NCBI GenBank assembly: GCA_016699145.1
Contig: CP064962.1
Span: 630,001-662,000 of the forward strand
DNA: 32,000 nucleotides
From: Candidatus Saccharimonadota bacterium
Lineage (GTDB): Bacteria; Patescibacteriota; Gracilibacteria; UBA1369; 2-02-FULL-48-14
Direction: 5' to 3'
The position numbers were made by a program, and so were the translations under genes. The notes below the pieces were generated by a model. That model saw only the letters and a program-made list of their open reading frames with translations. It did not search any database and had not been told where the DNA came from. Positions 19,723-26,740 of this stretch are shown in pieces. How positions within the stretch are numbered: position 1 is the stretch's first letter; every line of letters begins with the position of its first letter.

Positions 19723-19750
19723 ACCTTAACATATTTAAAAATTAAGTCAA
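19723..19750 (-). promoter_or_regulatory. Putative promoter for the 42-aa/184-aa pair, leaderless geometry
   Basis: On the minus strand: CTTGACTTA with TTGACT at 19750-19745, 16 nt, TAAGGT (19728-19723), 7 nt, ATG (19715). Confidence 0.3.
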
Positions 19751-19809
19751 GTTTTTTGGCTACGAAAAGCCATTTTATAGGGTAGGATGAAAATAACGTT
19801 AAGCACTCT

Positions 19810-20610
19810 ATGCCCATCCACCTCTTACAAATCGCTAAAAAGCTCGCCCACGATGCCGGGAAAATGGCCCTCAAATATCAACAAAAAGGCTTCACTGTAG
19901 AAATAAAAGGCGGCAATCCCATCAACCTGGTCACAGAAGCAGACAAGGCCGTGGACGAATTCATTGTCAAAACCATCCGCAGCAACTTTCCAGATCACTC
20001 CATCTTGACAGAAGAATCCGGCAACTTGGAAGGTTCTGGCGAATACAAATGGATCATCGACCCCATCGACGGCACCAGTAATTTTGCACACGGCATTCCC
20101 CTTTTTGCCATTTCCATCGCCATCACGCACAAAGGAAAACCCATCATCGGCGTAGTGGAAATTCCAGGTTTAAAAGAAAGTTTCTGGGCTCAAGAAGGGC
20201 GTGGTGCTCACTTGGGAATGAAGCCCATCCATGTGTCCAAAGTCCAAGATTTTAAAAAGGCCTTGATGGGCACCGGCTTCTCCTACGATAGACAAGGCGC
20301 TCGTTACAAAAAAAATGTCGAACTCTTTGACTACTTTTATCGAGAAAGCATGGGGATACGCCGCAGTGGCTCAGCCGCCATGGACCTTTGTTTTTTAGCC
20401 TGCGGCCGTTACGACGCTTTTTGGGAATACGACTTGCAGCCTTGGGACATCGCCGCAGGGAAAATAATCCTCGAAGAAGCGGGTGGAACAATGACCAATA
20501 TGGACGGAACCACTCTCAACCCAAAAACAGGGGCCCTACTGGCCAGCAACGGCTCCTTGCACGAGTCCATGCTCCAAGTGCTCAAGCAGCACGGCGCGGA
20601 TCAGCTTTAA
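19810..20610 (+). CDS. suhB: Inositol monophosphatase family protein (SuhB-like)
   Basis: 266 aa with motifs LTEESG, WIIDPIDGTSNF and WDIAAG. Confidence 0.9.
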   Translation: MPIHLLQIAKKLAHDAGKMALKYQQKGFTVEIKGGNPINLVTEADKAVDEFIVKTIRSNFPDHSILTEESGNLEGSGEYKWIIDPIDGTSNFAHGIPLFAISIAITHKGKPIIGVVEIPGLKESFWAQEGRGAHLGMKPIHVSKVQDFKKALMGTGFSYDRQGARYKKNVELFDYFYRESMGIRRSGSAAMDLCFLACGRYDAFWEYDLQPWDIAAGKIILEEAGGTMTNMDGTTLNPKTGALLASNGSLHESMLQVLKQHGADQL

Positions 20611-20630
20611 ATTTGAAACGCCCCTAGCTC

Positions 20631-20659
20631 TTGCACAAACGCACCTTTAGCCTTAAGAT
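20631..20659 (+). promoter_or_regulatory. Putative promoter of tRNA-Arg
   Basis: TTGCAC (20631-20636), 17 nt, TAAGAT (20654-20659). The mature tRNA 5' end lies 10 nt downstream. Confidence 0.4.
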
Positions 20660-20669
20660 GCGCCCACGT

Positions 20670-20746
20670 GATCGCGTAGCTCAGTTGGATAGAGCATCAG
20701 CTTGCGGAGCTGAGGGTCGCAGGTTCGACTCCTGCCGCGGTCACCA
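20670..20746 (+). tRNA. tRNA-Arg, anticodon GCG, CCA encoded
   Basis: Hand-folded cloverleaf. The acceptor is gatcgcg/cgcggtc (one G-U pair). The D arm is gctc-agttggata-gagc with A20. The anticodon arm is tcagc-ttGCGga-gctga. The variable loop is gggtc. The T arm is gcagg-ttcgact-cctgc. The discriminator is A, followed by cca. Total length 77 nt. Confidence 0.9.
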
Positions 20747-20750
20747 TTTT
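20718..20750 (+). repeat. tRNA-Arg 3' segment (T arm to CCA plus TTTT), re-occurring downstream in two pieces
   Basis: cgcaggttcga (20718-20728) recurs at 20807-20817. actcctgccgcggtcaccatttt (20728-20750) recurs at 20902-20924. Confidence 0.85.
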
Positions 20751-20806
20751 GATGATGGGCTAGTCTCGTCAGCAAAATGGTTATTTGCAGTAGTGAGGAG
20801 AAGAAC

Positions 20807-20817
20807 CGCAGGTTCGA
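20807..20817 (+). repeat. Orphan copy of the tRNA-Arg T-stem/T-loop 5' part
   Basis: cgcaggttcga is an exact 11-nt match to 20718-20728. Confidence 0.6.
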
Positions 20818-20901
20818 AGCACCTTAGGAGCGAGTGAAGCAGAAAGTTCACTTTCTATTTCTGAGCGACGACAGGTGTGCATACCGAGCAAAGCGAGGTA
20901 T

Positions 20902-20924
20902 ACTCCTGCCGCGGTCACCATTTT
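20902..20924 (+). repeat. Orphan copy of the tRNA-Arg 3' end (att-like direct repeat)
   Basis: actcctgccgcggtcaccatttt is an exact 23-nt match to 20728-20750. It ends 2 nt before the ATG of the next gene. Confidence 0.85.
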
Positions 20925-20926
20925 AA

Positions 20927-21745
20927 ATGAAAGCGCGACTCACCCTCTTCTCCATCCCTCTCCTCATTCTCATTTTTGTGGGTTTATTTCTTCTTGTTCA
21001 ACTCTTCATTAGAAGTCAGATCGATCACGCATCTAAATACACATTTTCGGGGCAATACACCAATGAGGAATATGGATTTGGTTTCAGTAATATCCCTGAA
21101 GCTTGGCTCTTAAGAGAAAATACCTCTTTAGCTTTGGATGAGGCTCAAGCCGTATTTTCTTGGGCTACCGACATTACAGACATTTCTTTTGATGTCTATG
21201 TTTCGGCTCATGAACTTGCCTCCCCGGATCTCATTCATCTCGGCACTTCTGAGATTTATCACTATTATTATTTTTCACTTGAGGGAGATGAGGCTGCAAA
21301 GGAAGTTTGGAACGATATTCAGCAGGGCGTCATTCCCAGTTTTTTCATGAAGGACTTGCCGCCACAATTCAAATCCTTCCCTGAAGCAGAGGATGCACCT
21401 TTCAGCTTCCAATACCCCGCAGAATGGCGTCAGGGAGGTGGAAGTTTTTATACACTGACAGAAGAAGAAATACTTGCCTTCGTTCCAAGTACGGATTTTT
21501 CCATTGATGAATCTCGTTGTGCAGATGGGGTTAAAAATGAATCTTTTATGGATGACATGAGAAGGACGTGGGAACTTCTGCTCTGTGAAAATCCCATCGA
21601 TTTTGAAAAAAACATGATCATTGTAAGAGTGGATCAAACAGATCCCACAAATTCACCGTTTCTTTTCTTTTATTACAATGTGGGCGAAGAAAAAGAAGCT
21701 TTAGTTCAATTTAAATCCATCTTGAATAGTGTGGTTTTTCCCTAG
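20927..21745 (+). CDS. Hypothetical membrane-anchored/secreted protein (272 aa)
   Basis: N-terminal TM/signal anchor LTLFSIPLLILIFVGLFLLVQLF. No family recognised. Confidence 0.6.
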   Translation: MKARLTLFSIPLLILIFVGLFLLVQLFIRSQIDHASKYTFSGQYTNEEYGFGFSNIPEAWLLRENTSLALDEAQAVFSWATDITDISFDVYVSAHELASPDLIHLGTSEIYHYYYFSLEGDEAAKEVWNDIQQGVIPSFFMKDLPPQFKSFPEAEDAPFSFQYPAEWRQGGGSFYTLTEEEILAFVPSTDFSIDESRCADGVKNESFMDDMRRTWELLLCENPIDFEKNMIIVRVDQTDPTNSPFLFFYYNVGEEKEALVQFKSILNSVVFP

Positions 21746-21780
21746 CCTTTCCTTCCATCAAGCCTTAAAATGAAATCAAA

Positions 21781-22302
21781 ATGAAACTCAATTTCAAACT
21801 CACCGCCAAGGAACTCACTTTCATGTACATGGAGCTGTACCTCCATTCAGCTGCTTACAAAAAAGTATGCGTGAAAAGCCGATTGATTCTAAGCTTTGGC
21901 GTTTTGATGTTTACTTTGGGGATATGGCTGATGACCCAAGAAAAAATGCCATCTCTTACCGTGCTGATTCTCGGAACAGTTTTAGTAGTTTTCTATCCAA
22001 AAATCATCAAACGGACTTTCAGAAACGGCTATAAAAAATACTTCCAAGGCAGCAGCGGAAAACGTTTTCTGGAAACTCAAAGCTGGGTTTTGGACTCCAA
22101 AAAAATCACCCTAAGTCAAGCAGGCATAAAAAGTGAATTTCAATGGAAGGTCTTCAATGAAGTGCGTGAATACCCAGATTACTACCTTTTGAGTTTAGCA
22201 AGCCTACAAGGCCTACTCCTGCCTAAATCCGCTTTTAAAGACAAAAAACAAGAAAACGAAGCAAAAGCTTTCTTTAAAAAAGTCCCTCAAAAAAAGTCTT
22301 AA
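21781..22302 (+). CDS. YcxB-like two-TM membrane protein (173 aa)
   Basis: A central TM hairpin (LILSFGVLMFTLGIWLM / LTVLILGTVLVVFYP) is followed by a small soluble domain ending YYLLSLASLQGLLLPKSAF, resembling YcxB/bPH-type proteins. The family call is tentative. Confidence 0.5.
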   Translation: MKLNFKLTAKELTFMYMELYLHSAAYKKVCVKSRLILSFGVLMFTLGIWLMTQEKMPSLTVLILGTVLVVFYPKIIKRTFRNGYKKYFQGSSGKRFLETQSWVLDSKKITLSQAGIKSEFQWKVFNEVREYPDYYLLSLASLQGLLLPKSAFKDKKQENEAKAFFKKVPQKKS

Positions 22303-22643
22303 TGAACGCGCTCATCACCTGGTCCGACTTCGAAAAAGTGGAGCTGCGTGTGGGCACCATCCTCACCGCAGAGGATTTTCCAGAAGCACGCAGACCCGCC
22401 TATAAACTCACCATTGACCTAGGATCCGAACTCGGAGTGAAACATTCCAGCGCTCAGATCACCAAACACTATCAAAAAGAAGAATTGGTGGGAAAACAAG
22501 TGCTTTGCGTGTGCAACTTTCCACCTAAACAAGTTGGCCCATTTATTTCAGAAGTCCTGACCACCGGTTTTTACGATGAAAACGGTGCCGTAATCCTCGC
22601 CAGTCCCGACAAAAAAGCCATCAACGGATCGAAACTGGTCTAG
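22302..22643 (+). CDS. csaA: tRNA-binding domain protein CsaA
   Basis: 113 aa. WSDFEKVELRVGTILTAEDFPEARRPAYKLTIDLGSELGVKHSSAQITKHY...NFPPKQVGPFISEVL is collinear with Bacillus CsaA as I recall it. The start overlaps the previous stop (TAATG). Confidence 0.85.
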   Translation: MNALITWSDFEKVELRVGTILTAEDFPEARRPAYKLTIDLGSELGVKHSSAQITKHYQKEELVGKQVLCVCNFPPKQVGPFISEVLTTGFYDENGAVILASPDKKAINGSKLV

Positions 22644-22654
22644 AGGCCATCGTT

Positions 22655-23299
22655 CTAAGCTCGCAGACTCTCAATGACCGCCTTGCGATCCGCCGCTCCA
22701 AAGACATAAGAACCGGCCACCAAAACATTCGCCCCCGCTTCGCGGCAAAGTTTGGCCGTTTCGGCGTTCATTCCCCCGTCCACAATAATATCAAGCTCGG
22801 GTTTATGCTCACGAAGCCAACGGATTTTATCCAGCGCCTCAGGCATGAATTTTTGTCCCCCAAACCCAGGCTCCACACTCATCACCACCGCACAGTCCAT
22901 GAGATCCAAAAACGGTTCACAAACCAATACCGAAGTAGCAGGCTTAATCGCTAAGGAAGCCTTCGCTCCCAAATCGCGAATGTGACCCAATACTTCCCTC
23001 ACTTGTTCTCCTTGTTCACCAAGGGTTTCATAATGCACCGAAACAATCTGTGCTCCTGCTTTAATGAACGCTTCGACATAACGCTCAGGGTGCTCAATCA
23101 TCAAATGGCATTCTATGGGCAGCTTCGTTTTAAGATTTTTCACCACAGGCATGCCCACCGTAATATTGGGCACAAAATGTCCATCCATCACGTCCACACT
23201 GATCCAATCGCAATAAGGCTCAACAGAAGCAATTTCTTCATTCAGCCGACCAAAGTCCGCGGACAAAATAGACGGAGCAATCAGGATTTTATTGCTCAT
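22655..23299 (-). CDS. rpe: Ribulose-phosphate 3-epimerase
   Basis: Motifs are APSILSADFGRL, VDVMDGHFVPN, HLMIEHP, VEPGFGGQKF and VDGG. The start is taken at MSNKILIAPS (ATG 23299). The track's longer start at 23350 lies inside rpiB. Confidence 0.92.
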   Translation of the reverse strand: MSNKILIAPSILSADFGRLNEEIASVEPYCDWISVDVMDGHFVPNITVGMPVVKNLKTKLPIECHLMIEHPERYVEAFIKAGAQIVSVHYETLGEQGEQVREVLGHIRDLGAKASLAIKPATSVLVCEPFLDLMDCAVVMSVEPGFGGQKFMPEALDKIRWLREHKPELDIIVDGGMNAETAKLCREAGANVLVAGSYVFGAADRKAVIESLRA

Positions 23300-23735
23300 C
23301 TTCAATGGCTTTAATTTTCTCCACACGAGGGATATGGCGCCCTCCCTCAAAAGTGGTATTCACAAATACATCCAAAACTTCTTTCGCGGTTTCTTCACCC
23401 ATTGTGCGAGCGCCCACGGTCACCACATTGGCATCGTTGTGAAGACGCGCATATTTCGCTTCCGTCACATCATGCACATTGGCGGCACGAATCCCTTTCA
23501 CTTTATTGGCCGCAATCGCCACTCCAATCCCTGTTCCACAAACAAGAACCCCGGCGCTTCCGGCATTGGACTTCACCTTCTCAGCCACTTCGCGAGCAAT
23601 ATCCGGGTAATCAACTTTTGTCTCGGCTTCAAAACTGCCAAGATCCGTTACTTCATAACCCTTGTTTTTCAAATGATCGCGAAGCACATTTTTGAGAGCA
23701 AACCCAGCATGATCGCTGCCTATGTAAAGAGTCAT
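23289..23735 (-). CDS. rpiB: Ribose-5-phosphate isomerase B
   Basis: 148 aa with IGSDHAGFALK and LVCGTGIGVAIAANK motifs. Confidence 0.92.
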   Translation of the reverse strand: MTLYIGSDHAGFALKNVLRDHLKNKGYEVTDLGSFEAETKVDYPDIAREVAEKVKSNAGSAGVLVCGTGIGVAIAANKVKGIRAANVHDVTEAKYARLHNDANVVTVGARTMGEETAKEVLDVFVNTTFEGGRHIPRVEKIKAIEDEQ

Positions 23736-24673
23736 ATGGCTTGAGTTACAGATTTATGTTCATGCACACTGCGAATCACGCGCGCCAGCAAAGGCGCCAC
23801 CGAAAGAACGGTCAATCCTTTGAATTGCTTTTCAGGCGGAAGAGGAATCGTATCGGTAACAATCACTTCCTTAAATTGCGTTTCTTTCAAACGCTGAACT
23901 GCAGGACCAGAAAACACCGGATGCGTAGCCACCAAATAAATATCGGGATTGGCTCCTTGTTCCAAAAGTGCTGCATGAGCTGCACACACAGAGCCAGCCG
24001 TGTCCACCATGTCATCCACCAAAATACACGTTTTACCTTCCACATCCCCCACCACCGCCGTGACTTCTGCCACATTGAAACGAGGACGTTTTTTTGTGAG
24101 CACCGCAAGCGGATAATCCAAAGTTTGAGCGAGTCGTCCGGCTTCCTTAGCCGCTCCTGCATCTGGAGCCACAATCACCGGATCTTTGAACCTTTTCTTT
24201 TTTAAAAATTCAACAAAGAGGTTACGTGTGTGCAAGTTGTCCATTGGAAAAGGGAAAAATCCCTGAGTTTGATCACTGTGAAAGTGAATAGAAATCACAT
24301 GATCGGCCCCCGCCGCAGCCACTAAATTCGCCATGAGTTTGGCACTGATGGGTTCACGAGGCGTTGCAATACGATCCTGACGAGCGTAGCCAAAATGAGG
24401 AATAATCACATGCACTTCTCGGGCAAAAGAGCGCTTCAACGCGTCGATCATAATGAACAATTCCATGTAATCTTCATTCACTTGACCCGTGCACGTTTGA
24501 ACCAAATAAACCGCACTGCCACGCACCGATTCATCCGGCTTTGCATAAATTTCTCCACATGCAAAACGGGACACCGACATTTTTGAAAGCGGCAAACGAA
24601 GGGCCCGTGCAATCGCTGCCGCCAAAGTGGGATGCGAGGTGCCGGAATAGATTTTGAGGTCTTTGAAGGCCAT
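23732..24673 (-). CDS. prs: Ribose-phosphate pyrophosphokinase (PRPP synthetase)
   Basis: 313 aa with HFGYARQDR and the PRPP loop ILVDDMVDTAGS. Confidence 0.95.
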   Translation of the reverse strand: MAFKDLKIYSGTSHPTLAAAIARALRLPLSKMSVSRFACGEIYAKPDESVRGSAVYLVQTCTGQVNEDYMELFIMIDALKRSFAREVHVIIPHFGYARQDRIATPREPISAKLMANLVAAAGADHVISIHFHSDQTQGFFPFPMDNLHTRNLFVEFLKKKRFKDPVIVAPDAGAAKEAGRLAQTLDYPLAVLTKKRPRFNVAEVTAVVGDVEGKTCILVDDMVDTAGSVCAAHAALLEQGANPDIYLVATHPVFSGPAVQRLKETQFKEVIVTDTIPLPPEKQFKGLTVLSVAPLLARVIRSVHEHKSVTQAI

Positions 24674-24719
24674 GCGTGAAATAAGCTTGCTCTTAAATTA
24701 CGTCAGCCGCCGTATGAAA

Positions 24720-25058
24720 TCAATCTGGAATAAAGAGGCGAGCAGGCCCAAAAGCACGCACCTGCTCCTCCAAATGATCCCAACTGCTTTGAGAATTCGC
24801 TTCCAAAACTTTCACATTCAAAGTGGGATCCAGCCGCTCTAAAGACAAACCACTAGCCCCCACAAGGACCAAAATTTTGCCGGCACTGGCGATGCCAGCC
24901 GCCACCTCCAAAGCCATGCCCTCCCGACACGGCACATGTAAAAATCGCGTCTCATAATTTTTCCGAAATTCAGGACAAAGCGGCTGAGGAAAGTGCAGGT
25001 CCATCACAACCATATTTTTAATTTTCAGCGCAAGTTGAGTGAGTTTGGTATCGAGCAT
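24720..25058 (-). CDS. Severely shortened transketolase C-terminal-subunit-like protein (112 aa)
   Basis: ETRFLHVPCREGMALEVAAGIASAGKILVLVG resembles the start of the transketolase pyrimidine-binding domain (DRFxDVGIAEQxxVxxAAGLAxxGK). Only ~45 aa follow, where ~250 are normal. It starts directly after the N-subunit stop. Confidence 0.55.
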   Translation of the reverse strand: MLDTKLTQLALKIKNMVVMDLHFPQPLCPEFRKNYETRFLHVPCREGMALEVAAGIASAGKILVLVGASGLSLERLDPTLNVKVLEANSQSSWDHLEEQVRAFGPARLFIPD

Positions 25059-25826
25059 TTAAAGTAAGATATTACGAATTTCTTCATATTCTGCATCTGA
25101 AAAAACCACATCATCATACTCGGGTTTGCGCTCTGCAAAAGGCACTCCGGCCGACTTCACGGTGGGCGCCCAAATGCAGGTGGGTTTGCGCAAAGTGAGG
25201 CGCGCCTTCATATAGCCATAGACAATTTCATCATGGTCATGGGCATCCCTGAGTTTGATCACTTTCCATCCAAAAGCCTCAAAACGTTCCTGGATGGGTT
25301 GGTCGCGGGCATCGTTTTCATCGACCACCACACAAAGGCGTTCCAGTTTTTGTTCAGCCGCAAATTGTATGGCTTCCCAAGTTTTTCCATGATCCAGTTC
25401 GTAATCGGCAACTAGACAAAAAATATGCTGATTTCGTCTGTCCATTTGCACCGCTTTAGCCATGCCCACCGCCGTACAAAGCCCAGAGCCATGAGTTTTA
25501 ACGCTCACTTCAACGCCCGGAATCTTTCGTTCAGGAAGGTCCGGTAAAATATCCGGTAAAGGATATCCATCTTTTTTTAAAACTGCATACAAAGCGGGTA
25601 AAGCTTCCAACTTAGACAAGACAAAGTAGTCACGGTCTTCGGCCTGGGGGATTTTAGGGTTGTGTCTAAAGACCAAGCGCTCGTTTTCCTTTCCAAAATA
25701 AAGCCCTTCCAAAAGATCAATGGAAGAAAGCATGCGTCCACTGTGTCCAGTGCCTCTTTTGCGAATGAGGTTCAAAGCAGCGAGCCGAAGTTCACGTTGT
25801 CGAGTGTTCACCTTTGCATTATGCAT
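25059..25826 (-). CDS. tkt: Transketolase N-terminal (TPP-binding) subunit, divergent
   Basis: 255 aa. GTGHSGRMLSSIDLLEGLY matches the GHxGxxLS motif. GSGLCTAVGMAKA and the TPP metal motif are present, but the latter reads ADY...(30 aa)...DEN instead of GDG...N. Confidence 0.75.
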   Translation of the reverse strand: MHNAKVNTRQRELRLAALNLIRKRGTGHSGRMLSSIDLLEGLYFGKENERLVFRHNPKIPQAEDRDYFVLSKLEALPALYAVLKKDGYPLPDILPDLPERKIPGVEVSVKTHGSGLCTAVGMAKAVQMDRRNQHIFCLVADYELDHGKTWEAIQFAAEQKLERLCVVVDENDARDQPIQERFEAFGWKVIKLRDAHDHDEIVYGYMKARLTLRKPTCIWAPTVKSAGVPFAERKPEYDDVVFSDAEYEEIRNILL

Positions 25827-26316
25827 CAGAGAGCAAAGCTTTCAATGGCTTTTTCAAAACAGGATGCACAAATTCAGGAGCCAATTCACAAAGCCCTTGC
25901 AAAACGAAGGCACGCTCTGCCATTCCATAATGAGGGATTTCCAGCTCCGGCTCCTTCACAATCCAATTCCCATAAAACAAAATGTCTATATCGATGATGC
26001 GAGATTGCCAACGCAAATCTGTCTTTTTTGCAAAACCCAACTGCACATTACCGGCCCTCCCCTCTTCCTTAGGCCGACCCATTTCGGCTTCCACCGTCTT
26101 ACAGGCCTTGAGCAGCTCTTGGGGTGAAAGTTCCGTCTGGCATTCCACCACTTGGTTCAAATACAACGGTTGATCGAGCCCACCCAAAGGCTGCGTCTCC
26201 AGCACATTGGATTGTCCCATCACCAAAACATCGTGCTTCATGAGCAAATCACGAGCCAAAACAAGGTTCGCCTCCCGATCTCCCAAATTCGTACCTAAAC
26301 CTAAAAAAACATGCAT
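25819..26316 (-). CDS. folK: 6-hydroxymethyl-7,8-dihydropterin pyrophosphokinase (HPPK)
   Basis: 165 aa with VFLGLGTNLGDR, RIIDIDILFYG and PHYGMAERAFVL. Confidence 0.9.
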   Translation of the reverse strand: MHVFLGLGTNLGDREANLVLARDLLMKHDVLVMGQSNVLETQPLGGLDQPLYLNQVVECQTELSPQELLKACKTVEAEMGRPKEEGRAGNVQLGFAKKTDLRWQSRIIDIDILFYGNWIVKEPELEIPHYGMAERAFVLQGLCELAPEFVHPVLKKPLKALLSDA

Positions 26317-26663
26317 CAGTCTCCTCTATAAGTTACAAAACTTTCCGCCGTTTCCCAAAGCGTGACCTCGCTGAGTTTCACAGGCAGTTCGTCAAGCAAA
26401 TCTTCCCAAATCTTTTTCGCCACCAATTCTGCCGAAGGATTTTCAAAAAAGTCATTGAGATTTTGATGGTCATAGCGATCGATGACTTTGTCTTTGACGC
26501 ATTTTTTCAGATCCACAAAATCCATCACCATTCCGTCTTCCCTCACCGGACCCTCCACCGTCACCCGCAGACGATACGTGTGCCCATGAAGTCGTTCACA
26601 TTTCCCATGATATTTCGTGAGAAAATGCGCGGCATCAAAAGTGAATTCTTTAGAAACGAACAT
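26316..26663 (-). CDS. queD: COG0720 family 6-pyruvoyl-tetrahydropterin / 6-carboxy-tetrahydropterin synthase homologue
   Basis: 115 aa. FTFDAAHFL...GKCERLHGHTYRLRV is collinear with E. coli QueD as I recall it. Its stop overlaps the folK start by 1 nt. Confidence 0.85.
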   Translation of the reverse strand: MFVSKEFTFDAAHFLTKYHGKCERLHGHTYRLRVTVEGPVREDGMVMDFVDLKKCVKDKVIDRYDHQNLNDFFENPSAELVAKKIWEDLLDELPVKLSEVTLWETAESFVTYRGD

Positions 26664-26707
26664 GAGTCCATCCTAGAGGTAAAACCCCAAAAAGGGAAGA
26701 ATAAGAT

Positions 26708-26731
26708 GCCTTGAAGTGACAAGTCCAAGGC
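26708..26731. promoter_or_regulatory. Inverted repeat (6-12-6) in the divergent intergenic region, candidate operator
   Basis: gccttg (26708-26713) and caaggc (26726-26731) are perfect complements. The repeat overlaps the -35 of the + strand promoter. Confidence 0.25.
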
Positions 26732-26740
26732 GTTTATAGT
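26711..26740 (+). promoter_or_regulatory. Putative promoter of the 26764 lipoprotein gene
   Basis: TTGAAG (26711-26716), 18 nt, TATAGT (26735-26740). The ATG is 23 nt downstream. Confidence 0.4.

Noticed and set aside
19716-19874. Longer 95-aa version of the small ORF upstream of the 184-aa gene
   Set aside because: It would overlap the divergent IMPase start (19810) and swallow the promoter-like element. The N-terminal 53 aa look like non-coding translation.
20631-20837. 68-aa + strand ORF
   Set aside because: It overlaps the tRNA-Arg gene and its duplicated fragments, so it is an artefact of translating structured RNA sequence.
20751-20925. A second complete tRNA, or a tmRNA, downstream of tRNA-Arg
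   Set aside because: Only T-arm and acceptor 3' fragments are present. I could not build a 5' acceptor strand, D arm or anticodon arm, and there is no tmRNA-like tag reading frame or 5' GGGG start.
20927-22302. Genomic island or prophage adjacent to the tRNA
   Set aside because: There is no integrase, phage or mobility gene, and I found no further copy of the tRNA 3' repeat after 20924. The two genes are ordinary small membrane proteins.
23292-23744. 150-aa + strand ORF
   Set aside because: It is antisense to rpiB and is a shadow ORF.
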